Notes: generated from the sequence alone by a model not told the origin. A stretch of 63,206 bases of DNA, filler included, from Reticulomyxa filosa (GCA_000512085.1; 19 parts of 19 records of this genome joined end to end with filler, not necessarily neighbours in it), one strand, 5' to 3'. Shown: positions 10,905 through 22,035, counted from the whole stretch's first letter. A program made the numbers and translations.

Positions 10905-12077
10905 ATGACGTCTTCACATCCCATCGACACCCCCGCCGCCGGCGAGAAGGATGCCACGTTGTACGTGGCGTTTGAACTGAGCAAGTCGAAGTGGCTGATC
11001 GGTATGGTGGTGTCTGGCGAGAGCAAGATGAGCCGCCATCAGGTGGCTGGCGGCGATACGGCGGGGGTGTGGCAGCTGATCTCGAGGAAGCGCGCCCATG
11101 CGGAGAAGCAGGGCCGGCGGGTGCGTATGGTGAGCTGCTACGAGGCCGGCTATGACGGCTTCTGGTTCGACCGTTGGCTGGCCGAGCAGGGCGTCGCCAA
11201 TCGGGTGCTCGATCCGTCGAGCATCGAGATGCCGCGGCGCGCGCGACAGGCCAAGACGGACCGTCTGGACCTCGAGCGTCTGATGCGGGTGCTGATCCGC
11301 CACGAGGGTGGCGAGCCGAAGGTCTGCAGCGTGGTTCATCCGCCGACCCCCGAGCAGGAAGACGCCCGTCGAGTGTCGCGCGAGCGGGACCGGCTGATCG
11401 GCGAGCGCACCGCCCATGTCAACCGCATCAAGGGTCTGTTGCATGGCCAGGGGATCCGCGACGTGCATCCGCGCCGCAAAGGCTTCCTCGAGCAGCTTGC
11501 CCAACTTCGGACCGGCGACGGCCGCGCCGTGCCGGCCAACCTGGCGGCCGAGATCCAGCGCGAGCACGCCCGCCTGGTGCAGGTCGGCGAGCAGATTGCC
11601 GAAGTCGAGAGCCAGATGAAGGCGGAGCGTGCCGCCGCGGCGCCGGACAGTCGGGCCAGCCAGGTCAACCAGCTGATCGGCCTGAAGAGCGTCGGGCCGG
11701 TCGGCGGCGAGACGCTGGTCAACGAGGTATTCTGGCGCGACTTCCAGAACCGGCGCCAGGTCGGAGGCTATTTTGGCCTGGCCGGGACGCCGTTCGACAG
11801 CGGCCAGAGTTCGCGCGAGCAGGGCATCAGCAAGGCCGGCAACGCCCGTGCCCGGACCTTGGCCATCGAGCTTTCCTGGCTATGGCTGCGCTACCAGCCC
11901 GCCAGCACCTTGAGCCTGTGGTTCACGAGCCGCGTCGGCGATCAAAAAGGCCGTGTCAGACGCATCGCCATCGTCGCCCTGGCGCGCAAGCTGATGGTGG
12001 CGCTGTGGCGCTTCCTCACCCAAGGCCTGGTGCCCGAGGGCGCCAGGCTGCGAGCTGCCGCACCGGCCGGCCGCTGA
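10905..12077 (+). CDS. IS110-family transposase/recombinase (RuvC-like DEDD domain + Tnp20 domain), intact 390 aa
   Basis: YVAFELSKSKW, CYEAG and AKTDRLD (E24, E80, D119, D122); C-terminal YFGLAGTPFDSG (catalytic Ser), GISKAGN and AIVALARKL. Confidence 0.95.
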   Translation: MTSSHPIDTPAAGEKDATLYVAFELSKSKWLIGMVVSGESKMSRHQVAGGDTAGVWQLISRKRAHAEKQGRRVRMVSCYEAGYDGFWFDRWLAEQGVANRVLDPSSIEMPRRARQAKTDRLDLERLMRVLIRHEGGEPKVCSVVHPPTPEQEDARRVSRERDRLIGERTAHVNRIKGLLHGQGIRDVHPRRKGFLEQLAQLRTGDGRAVPANLAAEIQREHARLVQVGEQIAEVESQMKAERAAAAPDSRASQVNQLIGLKSVGPVGGETLVNEVFWRDFQNRRQVGGYFGLAGTPFDSGQSSREQGISKAGNARARTLAIELSWLWLRYQPASTLSLWFTSRVGDQKGRVRRIAIVALARKLMVALWRFLTQGLVPEGARLRAAAPAGR

Positions 12078-12099
12078 ACGGCGGCGGCCCGGTGTGTTG

Positions 12100-12260
12100 C
12101 GCAGGGAGCTGATGATGACCGTCCTCATCCATGGACCATGCGGTACCGCTGTCTCAGAAGGGTCTCATCGTTTCCTGGGCAAGACCTCGACCGTGCATGA
12201 GGGATTTGGGTGCGGGGCGCAGCGACGCCCGACCGGATATAAGGTGATGCCGTCGACACA
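12100..12260 (+). ncRNA. Predicted bridge RNA / seekRNA of the IS110 element (target-binding loop 12101-12177, donor-binding loop 12187-12256)
   Basis: Two stem/internal-loop/hairpin modules. Loop strands CCTCATCC and TCTCAG match the flanking target; ATATAAG and (with wobbles) GAGGGATTT match the element ends. Confidence 0.8.
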
Positions 12261-12414
12261 ACGTGCATTGGCCAGACGCCCAGAGTTCCAACGCAACGCG
12301 CCGAAGCCGCCTCTCCACGGACCCATTCCAGCGCCGCGCTCGCGCGCAGCACTCTCAAGCTTCCATTCCCGAGAGGGCCCGATGATTGAGGGACAAAAAT
12401 ATCCAAACCGACCC

Positions 12415-12438
12415 TTGACCGTTCAGCGCTCATATAAG
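12415..12438 (+). promoter_or_regulatory. Outward-facing -35 box (TTGACC) at the IS110 right end; forms TTGACC-N17-GATTCT across the circle junction
   Basis: TTGACC at 12415-12420; joining at the AG core places G+ATTCT (10837-10841) exactly 17 nt downstream. Confidence 0.65.
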
Positions 12439-12506
12439 GATGAGGTAGCGCGTGTCGACTTGAAGCGGAAAGACTTTAGGACAGCGCTTCGAAGCGAGGT
12501 AGCGGC

Positions 12507-13053
12507 CTATGCCCCCGACTTGCCGGTCGCGTCCTCGATGGCCTTGAGCAGGACCGGCCAGTATTCCTCGCCATGCCCCAATTCGACGGCGCGCTCCATC
12601 ACTTCGCGCGCCACGTCGGCGCCGAGCGCCGGGATCTTCGCCTGCTCCGCCATGTCGATGGCGTAGCTCAGGTCCTTCAGAGCATACTTCGTCGAGAACG
12701 CGCGCTCGGGGAACGCTCCCGTCAGCAGCGCCTTCATGCCGTGGTTGCGGAGCGCGAAGGAATCGGCCGAGCCTTTGGTCAGCGTCTCGAACAGCACCTT
12801 GCCATCGACTCCGTTCGCGCGGGCGATCGAAAGCCCTTCGGCCAGCGCCACCACGGTCTGGAACAGGATCATGTTGTTCAGGATCTTGACGGTCTGGCCT
12901 GCGCCGACGTCGCCGCAATGGGTGACCTCGCTCGCCATGTGGCGCAGGAGCGGCGCGATACGCTCGAAGGTCGGCGCGGTCGCGCCCACCATGATCGACA
13001 GCGTCCCGTCGATCGCGGCCTGTCGCGTGCGCGCGACCGGCGCGTCGGCGAAG
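12507..13053 (-). CDS. NAD(P)-dependent beta-hydroxyacid dehydrogenase (3-hydroxyisobutyrate dehydrogenase/tartronate semialdehyde reductase family), 5' truncated
   Basis: FADAPV...A..GTLSIMVG...HCGDVGAGQTVKILNN...AEGL...F...YALKDL. Confidence 0.9.
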
Positions 13054-13255
13054 NNNNNNNNNNNNNNNNNNNNNNNNNNNNNNNNNNNNNNNNNNNNTTA
13101 ATTAATTAANNNNNNNNNNNNNNNNNNNNNNNNNNNNNNNNNNNNNNNNNNNNAAGAGTGGATTTATTACGAATATCGTGTATGGGATTATCCTCTTTTC
13201 CCTCCCTCCCTCCTCCCCCCCCCCCCCCCCTTTTGTGTTATTTCATCAAAGTTAA

Positions 13256-15269
13256 CTATTTTGTGGAGCCATTTTTGGGCCACGATACGTCGCAACTTGG
13301 CAATGGCAAAACGACATCAAACATGGTGAACAAATGTATATTTTCTTCAGTGACATAGGTTACTTTCTTGATATCTTCAGCATCAGTTTCCTCTGAATCG
13401 GCAAGATCCGAGGTATCTTCCACTTCTTCTTCTTCTTCTTCTTCTTTTTTTTCTTTTTCTTTGATATGTTTATTGTCCTCCCCCGTTTTTTTTTTTTCAT
13501 CATTATCAGCACTGTCATGATGATTTCCTTTTCCTTTTCCTTTTTCTTTGAAAGCCACGTCATCATTGACAGCCACCAGATCGCCGACACAGACACGAAA
13601 TCCATAGTGAGACAATCGAAACGAAGCGCCATGATTCCAGACGAAGCTTTGATAGGCGTGAATGAACATGAGACGACGATGGCGACCGAGCATGGCAAAG
13701 GCATCGTCAAAGGCAAATTTTTTGCGAGGATCACGGCCATAGCAATCGATCAAGTTGGTGATGAACTCGCGTTCATTCCACAGCAAAGTGGGGAGCACAT
13801 GCAGATCAGCAGTGTGCAAGAACTGGAGTCGCGACTTTTGCACCTGCTCGTGTTCGTGGCCGCGAGGGCAATAGAGCAGCGCCGCGAACAAGTGCCAGTC
13901 CCTACGTAGCGCGCACTTGCCAAGTTCGTGCGTGGATACGACAGACGTGCCAAATCGTTGCATGCCAAAGTAATTGATAAAGCCATATTCGCCAAGTATA
14001 TGAAAGCGTGCATTTAAAACCTGTTCAACATCTTTATTATTATCATTATCTTTATTATTATCTTTATCTTTATTATTATCTTTATCTTTATCTTTGTCAT
14101 TGTCTTTTTTGAGAGTAATATTTTTAATGACAATTTGAAAACGATTACCAAACAACTGACCCAAAGACAGCCTATGTTGCGGGGACACATACTCAAAGTT
14201 TCCAAACGACGCGCCTTGCACGCCGGCGCGAAGCAATCTCTGCGGTTCCATTCGAAACCCTGTCACCCATTGGCTGGAGATGCCACGCTTGTCTTTGGTG
14301 CCGGCAATGTCAAACACGCCAACACCTTGTGAGCGAATGCCAATCTTCTTCGACAGCAAGCTTAAGCAATGCATTGTGTCCATTTGTCTCTTCACCATTA
14401 CAAACTTTAAAATCTTATTGCCACGAATTATATCTTTGTTATTATTATTATTATTATTATTATTCTTATTATTATTATTATTCTTATTATTATTATTTTT
14501 GGAATGCGACTTTCCGTAGAATGTGCTATTGTCACCCACAATTATACTCCCCTCTTGGCTTGTTGAGTGCGCCACGTGTGGAAAATGTTCGTTCAAAAAT
14601 GCGTGCACTTGACGACGCTTTTTCCTTATCTTTGCAACTGGAAAGGGTCAAAATGCGATCTTTTGACCCCTTTTCGTTCGCTGTCACCAAAAACGCACAC
14701 AATTTCTGGAACTCTTCTGTTCCCAGAATCTTCTCCATTTCTTTCTCTTTGTTCTCCTTTTCACGTTGCTTTTTTTCATTGCCATTGTCATTGTCATTGT
14801 CCTTGTTCTTGTCCTTGTCTTCTTTTTTCGTTATTGCCGCTTCTGGCAACAGTGGGGCTATATTCCTCTCCTTGTCCACTTCACATACTACAAAGTCATA
14901 CCAACGGTGCTTCAGAATCCCGTTCAGTTTCATCTTTTTCTCATTTGTCGCTTGCAATTCTTTTACAAAGTGCGATATCCCGACGTCCTTTTCTTCCAAC
15001 AGTGCTCTCGTATCTAGATCCATCTCTCTATTCTTCAACTCCTTTTGCGCCAGGTCCAACAGCTCCCTCATGTAGTCCTTCGCACTTGCCGATGTCACGT
15101 CCACTGATTTCCGCGTTTGTCTCTTGCTTTTTTTCTCTTTTTTTGCACGTGACTCATTCACCCCTGCTGCAGTCACAGCGGTGCTATTATCTTTTTCTAT
15201 GCGGGCCCTTTTTGCTGGTGGATTTTGTGGATCGGACAAGCCGTGTTTTTGGTTGTCTAACGACGACAT
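13256..15269 (-). CDS. PUS7: TruD-family pseudouridine synthase (PUS7-like), 3' truncated; two ORFs joined by a frameshift near 14620
   Basis: GILKHRWYDFVVCEVD, AGTKDKRGISSQW, GNRFQIVIKN, GFINYFGMQRFG, MFIHAYQSFVWN, DVVLPLP. Removing one A from a poly-A run restores DKEKRRQVHAF. Confidence 0.9.
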
Positions 15270-15572
15270 TATTTATATATAGGATTTTTTTTTCCTTTTT
15301 AATCAACTTGGTGGTCCCTGCAGCAGCAACAAAATGACAGTTATAATTTGCAGTAGAATTGAAAAAGGTACCAAGTACGAGTTAGTGACACTTAGAAATA
15401 AATGAGTAATCGTATTGAACTTATGATAGTAGTAAAGTGAACAATAAACAATCAGAAAAACAATGTTGAAAGTTGGTGTGATTTTGAAGTTGGCAATATA
15501 TATGATGATACAGATTCTATTCGATTTTTTTTTTTTTGAAATCTGGCACGAAGTGACAAAGAGACTCCATGT

Positions 15573-16026
15573 TCAAAGCAACTGAAAACATTTTTGCATG
15601 TGGTTAACCCTTTTTTGCAAATAAGCTTGCGCTTTTTTCGTGATGACACCATACTCACCCTCGTTGTCAGCATCTTCGACAAGTATATAATGCGACCAAA
15701 GCCCAGACTCGACAACAAAGGCAATGATGCGACAAATTTCAAACTGTTTGACGTAGTCCTTCATCGTCTCGGCAGTGATATACGTCTTTGCACCGAAGCG
15801 TTTCAAAAAGTCCAAATAAGCACAAAACAAATGGCACTCTTCCTTTGACCCCGGTTCAATGATCAGTCCGTCAAAAAGCGAGACGAGATCAAACATGGGT
15901 GAGCCAATTAGATAGGTCTGCCAATCGATTAGCAAGCAGCGATTTTTTATTAAATCCGAAATGTGTTCGGCCTTGTTCAAGACAATTCCACTAGTCAATA
16001 TATTATGTATTTATGTATTTATGTAT

Positions 16027-16060
<34 letters not shown>

Positions 16061-16933
16061 TATGTGTTATATGTTGTTATGAATGAATCATAGAAATGAA
16101 AAATAAAACCCCCTTTTAACAAACGAACGGGGATTGTTTAGACAGCTTGCCATTAGTGATCTCTTTGGGGATCATGAAATTGGAAATGAACGAATCGCCG
16201 TGGATAAGACAGCGCATGTTCAACTTGGAGAGCAAAGGGTGCAAATGGTCGCGAATCAAGCTTGTGACGAGCGTGGTGTCAATCCGTTTGAAGAAATGGA
16301 TTTGCGCAGTATCGAACACCGACTTGTGTTGAGTGACCCATTTCGTGATCAACTCGATCGATCGCATTTTTGTGTTCACCCAATCGACGTACCACTTATC
16401 GGTGCATTGCGTCATCCACGGCATCTTGCGAGAATCCAACGACATGCCAATGGAATACGAATGGAATTCGGCCAGACTTTTGACCAGCGACATTACTTCG
16501 ATATCCCATCTCAATTGATGGTCCACAAAGATAGGCTTGTCTACTTCACTCGATACGTCTTCCATTATCATCCCATTCATCACGAGCTCCGTCATTTCAA
16601 AGTACGAGCTGTCAATCACCATTGGGATTGACACGTATCCCGGCGTGATCCACGACGACAATGCTCGATAGAAGATCACCTCGTGCTTCAAAAACTTGGC
16701 CTCCATGTTCGTCTTGCTGGCTCGACTCCATTTCGAAAACGAGGCTTTTCGAATGTGGCTCCGCTTTGCAGCTGCACCTTCTCCACATGGTACGCCGTCC
16801 CTCTCCACGCATGTATCCCTTTCCGGAGTCCAAACGACACCACCTCGTCGTTTTCGTCTTTCATCAGCTTCTTATCGCGCAGGTACTTGGTCAATGTCTT
16901 TGCGGACAAATAGCACGAAAACTCGTCATCCAT
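15573..16933 (-). CDS. Choline/ecdysteroid-kinase-like (CHK/EcKinase/APH) phosphotransferase, two exons, with apparent frameshifts near the 5' end
   Basis: EVIFYR, MIMEDVS, LAEFHS, CLIHGDSFISNFM, LIDWQT..GSPMFDL; intron ~16000-16140. Confidence 0.75.
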
Positions 16934-17113
16934 CAGCTAATCGTAACAAAAAAAGATAATTTGAAATTTTAAATTTAAATAAATACATATAAATATATAT
17001 ATATATATATATANNNNNNNNNNNNNNNNNNNNNNNNNNNNNNNNNNNNNNNNNNNNTTAATTAATTAANNNNNNNNNNNNNNNNNNNNNNNNNNNNNNN
17101 NNNNNNNNNNNNN

Positions 17114-17622
17114 TAATGTACAAAACGTAGTGGACACAATCGAAAATCCAGATATAATACTGAAATACATTGAAGCTGCTGTAGAACTGGAACATTTTGT
17201 AGAGTTCCCAAAGGTGTGTAGTCACAATGAACATTATGATCCAATACAAGTGAAGGAGTCCTTATTGAAGTCCACAAAGATCAAAGGTCCCAGGCCTTTG
17301 ATCCACGTGTGCCATCGTTATGATTATACGGAGGAATTAACAACTTACTCGCACAATCGCCAACTATACCAGTTCATCGAAGCTTATGTGGAGCGAATAA
17401 GTCCTCGAGCCACTCCAAAAGTTGTGGCCACCTTGTTGGATTTAAATGCACATGAGGAACAAATCCAAAGTGTTGTGAGCATAGTGAAGCCTCCAGAGTG
17501 TCCAGTAAAGGGATATATTTGAAAATGTGGCAAGTTGGTGCTATTGTTGCAATGGCTGAAAAATAGAATAGCAGAAGGTGTTGAAGATGAAGAGGTAAAC
17601 AATGCTTTGGCAAAAATTAATT
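17114..17622 (+). pseudogene. Clathrin heavy chain fragment, degenerate
   Basis: PDIILKYIEAA...YDP..VKE.L...PRPLIHVC.RYDY..EL...FIEAYV..ISP..TPKVVA.LLDL; after a deletion/frameshift, LLLQWLKNRIAEG..DEEVNNALAKI, then breaks off. Confidence 0.75.
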
Positions 17623-19107
17623 CCTCAAAGGAAAAAAGTGAGTGACAGGCTTAAAGAATTGTAAAAAAAACTTTGAAAACAGGTAATTCATTTTCAAATT
17701 TTGTAACATTGGCAAAATTTGCATGCTGAATGTTCATCTCTTTCGCAAGTTTGAGCTGAAACATACAATTGGCATCTGAAAAGAAGATCATCATAAAATG
17801 GACATTTATGAATATTCATGTGTTCATGAAAAATTGATATTTATTCAATTCTTTTTTAAATGATATATTAGCTATATATATTATAGACAAAAGACATTAA
17901 CTTTGTGATTCATTTCGAATTTTTTACATATTTTCATTTTTTTTAACAAGTAATAAGCTATTGAATCATCATTTATTACATTAATACAAGACTAAACATC
18001 ACACAAGCCAACCAAGTGGCGCTTTAGAAAGAGAAACAATGTAATTACTAAAATATTTTTGGATTTGTATAATAATCAATATAATTTCATTACAAGTCAA
18101 CTTTCAGTTATACTTACTTAAGGTAGTCCATAAAATCAAAATGCTTTGAAGTATAAATTGACGTCTTTTTTTGTTACTTTTTGTAACATGTTAATTTTCA
18201 GAACAATAAAATATTGTCTATTTGATTATGCAAATACGACATTTGAAACATTATTTAAGGCAAATTAGCATCAAATTATATTGCAAGTCTAGATACAAAA
18301 AGCGTATTGTGAAGTTGTTTATGTGCAGCAAAATAGTTTGTAAATGAAGAGATATAAAAAGATTACAATTGGTAAAGAATTAACTGTTGAGAAATTGATA
18401 ATAATTTTTCTTTCTGGTGAATTAACTATTTTGCTTAAATTTAGTGTAAAAAATTGTATTGATGTCTATATGCAAAAGATATGATTCAGAAATATTAAAT
18501 GCATGCAAAGAAAATAATGATATATTTATGTTTATGCATTTGTTAGTAACATATACAAAGTTGAAGAGCTCTGACTAGTGAGAAGTAAGTCAAAATATTA
18601 ATTATCAAAGTCATAACAATAAAACAAAAAAAAATACAAAACGAAAAAGAGTTATTCAAAGTATCACTTGAAATTTAGCTAGCTTTGACATAAAAAACTT
18701 GTCAATTCAATACTAAATGCATAGTACAAACGAAAAAAAACAAAATGTGTAGTATTTTTATCTTTTAATATAAGATGAAATTGATTTTTCTTATAACTTT
18801 CAAAAAATAAAAAATAATAATGATGTTTTCTATGCATTTATTAAAAACCAAGTATATTTTGGTATTCTAAACTGTAAGTATATATTATTTTAAAAAAAGA
18901 ATTTTGAAATAAATATTAATTTTTAGTGAATAAATACTGAATATTCATATGTCAATTAAATAAAAACACGCAAAAAAGCATCGTGTTAAATTTTGCTAAA
19001 GGAACGTTTTCACTACATGGGCAACAACAAAACAATTTGATGGAAAAAATTTAACAGCAAATGGAAAGAGATTCCTTTCGAGCATGACTTTTTAGTGTAA
19101 AAATCTT

Positions 19108-19397
19108 TCACCAAAAGAGGGCAATTTCATTGTTCATGTTGATCAATGACGAGAACTTGGTAATCATTTTCAGTTGTAAGCTGAAACTTTTGCGACTGTA
19201 AGAGAAGTTCCACAAGATTCTGAAATTTTTCTCCATTGCAGAAATCATTGCTTTTTTTTTTTTGTAATCCTTATCTGCAACAATCTTGCGTACAGCTAAC
19301 TCTTTTGCCAAATCTTGTAAGCAGCACTTGTTGGGATCGTTTATTGTTCCACGAAAATATGAGAGATACAGCATTAACTCTTGAATCTAAATCCAAC

Positions 19398-19432
<35 letters not shown>

Positions 19433-20052
19433 AAATACGTACATTATAAAAAGAGGGAGGTAGTAAATAATCAAAACTTGAACTAAAGTAACACGGTTAG
19501 GATTATCCATTTCCACAATCAAAGAGGGAATCTCGTGAGGAAAGATGTCCAACCCTACATCTTTACTTTCCATCTCTAAAAAGTCATTAATTAAGGAGGA
19601 AGGAGAATCTTTCAAACTGCTGTTATAATACAGTCGAAACAATTTCGTAAGGTCTTCGAGTTTTTTTTTTTCTCGAAACAAAAATTGTGAAAGTTTCGCG
19701 TCGATATAAAATTGATTGCATTTGCGTAATGCACTCACCACATCTGCTTTTTTCAGCCAAGGTTTTATCAAGCAAGCTTCAACAAGCGATATTTCGTGCT
19801 CAGATTTATTCGTGCGAGCAGAAGTTGGGAGATATTTCCATTTCCATCCATTTTCGTATTTCATTTCGGGCACATGCAAACGCATTCTGTGAAAGTCTAT
19901 ATTTTCCACTCCATCATTTTCCTTCACATCCGAATACGTTTCAATCAGATTGCCGCTCCACCAGCACAACAAATTTCTTCGGATCCTTACACTTCGGTTA
20001 ATTGCATGTAATGGATTGTTTGATGCTGCGAGAACAACAACAACAACAACAA

Positions 20053-20089
<37 letters not shown>

Positions 20090-20346
20090 CATAACGTGGA
20101 TATGAAAGAATGCATGTAACACACTCTACGTATACACTCGTTCATATTAACTGACACAATTTGGTAGCTCTGGAAACCATTGAGAAAAACAACAGTAACG
20201 TTTTTGAACGTGAAACAGCAGGTAGATTTTGAAAAACTTCTTTTTCATTGCGGTGTCGTATTTGAGTCCAAACACACCTTTTGATCTTTTAATTATTGGC
20301 AATCCCTTTGGATGTGGATTTGATTTCGTATTTGAATTTGCATTTG
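19108..20346 (-). CDS. Hypothetical multi-exon protein
   Basis: Coding-like exons (~19108-19380, ~19480-20030, ~20150-20346) separated by poly-T/ATT introns; no family recognised. Confidence 0.4.
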
Positions 20347-20446
20347 NNNNNNNNNNNNNNNNNNNNNNNNNNNNNNNNNNNNNNNNNNNNTTAATTAATT
20401 AANNNNNNNNNNNNNNNNNNNNNNNNNNNNNNNNNNNNNNNNNNNN

Positions 20447-21323
20447 AAAAAAAAAAGTTCACAGTTATATATTTGTACATATATGTATATGTGTATGTAA
20501 CCTCCTTTTTTTTTTAAAAAAAAAAAAACAAAAAAAAAACCAACTGTCTTTTCCCAATAAAATGGACCCCTGATAAAAGGGCTGCACAATAGTGGACGAG
20601 TCAAAGTACATCGCAACTCGAACGGACTTTGACGATGAGAAGATGAGAACGGCAAAGCGATCCAAGATGGACAGAGCAGTGAAAACATAATCGGCGTGTC
20701 GCAGATTGGAAGACACGATATCACTGTTGGAGTTGTCGTGTAAAAAAAAAGAACGCGTCTTTTTTTTGACATAGCAAGCCCTTTTTTTTTTTTTTTTGCA
20801 GTCGCACGACCTTCCTCGTCGGATCTGTGATTTGGCATCTGCTGATCTCATCGAAACAACTGAACATGTTGCACACGTCTTGGTCACTCCATGATAATAG
20901 CATGTTCCATATATGCGAAGGCTTTTGCAGCTGTTTAGCATCACGTGCACTCGCTTCAATTGGCTTGTCTTGCTTCGCTGTTGCTGCTGTTGCTGTGCCT
21001 TCAAGCTCTCCAATCGCTTCGGTTGCTTGTCTGTTAACTGTCGACTGTGCCATATCTCATGTGTCTCTCCTTTCTTTATTATCTTTGGTGTTTCTGTTTT
21101 CCAAGGATTTTTCTTTTTTGCTATCAATTTGTCAGTGTCTGCTTCCATTTCTTCTCTTTGTTGTTGTTTCCAGATTAGCTCCCAAACGCTTCTTCCAACG
21201 CGCGTGTTGGTACTCCTCTTCAATGTCATTATGACACCCTGCTGAAGCGGAGGCAGAGTCGTCTTCTTTTTCTGTCTCTTTATCTTCTGCTGCTTCAATA
21301 AATTTATCTTCTTCTTTTGACAT
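20447..21323 (-). pseudogene. Frameshifted duplicate of the RRM gene at 3870-4951
   Basis: Same start MSKEEDKFIEA and near-identical DNA blocks, but the reading frame is split across three frames with deletions. Confidence 0.8.
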
Positions 21324-21944
21324 GATAGAAGATTATCTATTGTACACGTTTCCCCCCTTTTCAGAATTTTTTGATTTTGTTCAATTTGAAGGAAACTATT
21401 TTAAAATTAAACAGGCGATATCTCTCTTTTTTATATTTTATTGGTACTTTCATTCAATACTATACTGCAAGAGGATATCATACATGAGGGTTCTCGGGCA
21501 GTTCTAAAATAAATTAAATTTTATTTATGGAAGTCAAGCGAACAAAAAAATAAAACGAATACAGTTATTAACTTTTGATACCTTTTAATTTCATTAACTT
21601 TCCAAAAAAAGAACACTAAGATCTTATTATATTTTTTCTTTTTATTTATTATATTGCGCATAAAATTAGAAATCGTAACAGTCTCAAAAGTTACTTTCTT
21701 TTCAATTTTTATGTATTGTAAACAAAACAAATCAACGTCCCAATTACAACTAAAATAGAAAGTACATCCTAGCAATTGCAACGCCCAGTTATTTGGGATT
21801 AACATGTAATTCCCTCGTACAGTAAATGTCAACATTTTTGTTGATTTATGTATGTTTTTCTTTGTGCGCTTGTGAAATTTGCAATGTGATTTATGCTGGC
21901 CAAAGTTCGCGTAATATTTATGTTCTCGATAATTATCTTTATGT

Positions 21945-22035
21945 ATGAACACCAATTCGATATTTTCATTTTCGTGTCCATTCTCACCACTTTTGGAAAT
22001 TCGCATTGACTCGTTAATCGTGGCAAAATACAAAT
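21945..22035 (-). pseudogene. Truncated duplicate of the NUDT14-like 3' exon
   Basis: MRISKSGENGHENENIELVFI, after which homology to 5536-5665 is deleted. Confidence 0.65.

Larger units (their letters stand above)
10835..12438 (+). mobile_element. Complete IS110-family element, IS1111-type layout (short left end, ~360-nt 3' non-coding end), bounded by AG core dinucleotides
   Basis: Left junction TCTC-AG-ATTCTATG (core 10835-10836); right junction CATATA-AG-GATGAGG (core 12437-12438). Imperfect subterminal IR TATGTGGCG / CGCTCATA. Internal guides match both junctions. Confidence 0.85.
9791..13053. other. High-GC bacterial contig (probable co-sequenced bacterium) among AT-rich eukaryotic contigs
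   Basis: Abrupt GC-rich composition between two spacers, intronless ORFs, Shine-Dalgarno sequence and IS elements. Confidence 0.93.

Noticed and set aside
9735-12128. Long antisense and alternate-frame ORFs over the two transposases (e.g. 9739-10689 -, 10914-11567 -, 11174-12112 +)
   Set aside because: Shadow ORFs expected in high-GC coding DNA.
12094-12666. 190-aa plus-strand ORF downstream of the IS110 transposase as a passenger gene
   Set aside because: It crosses the element boundary, overlaps the dehydrogenase antisense and has no motif; the region is better explained as structured RNA.
9791-13053. Horizontal transfer of an IS110 system into a eukaryote
   Set aside because: There is no physical join to eukaryotic sequence; the contig is bounded by spacers and wholly bacterial in style.
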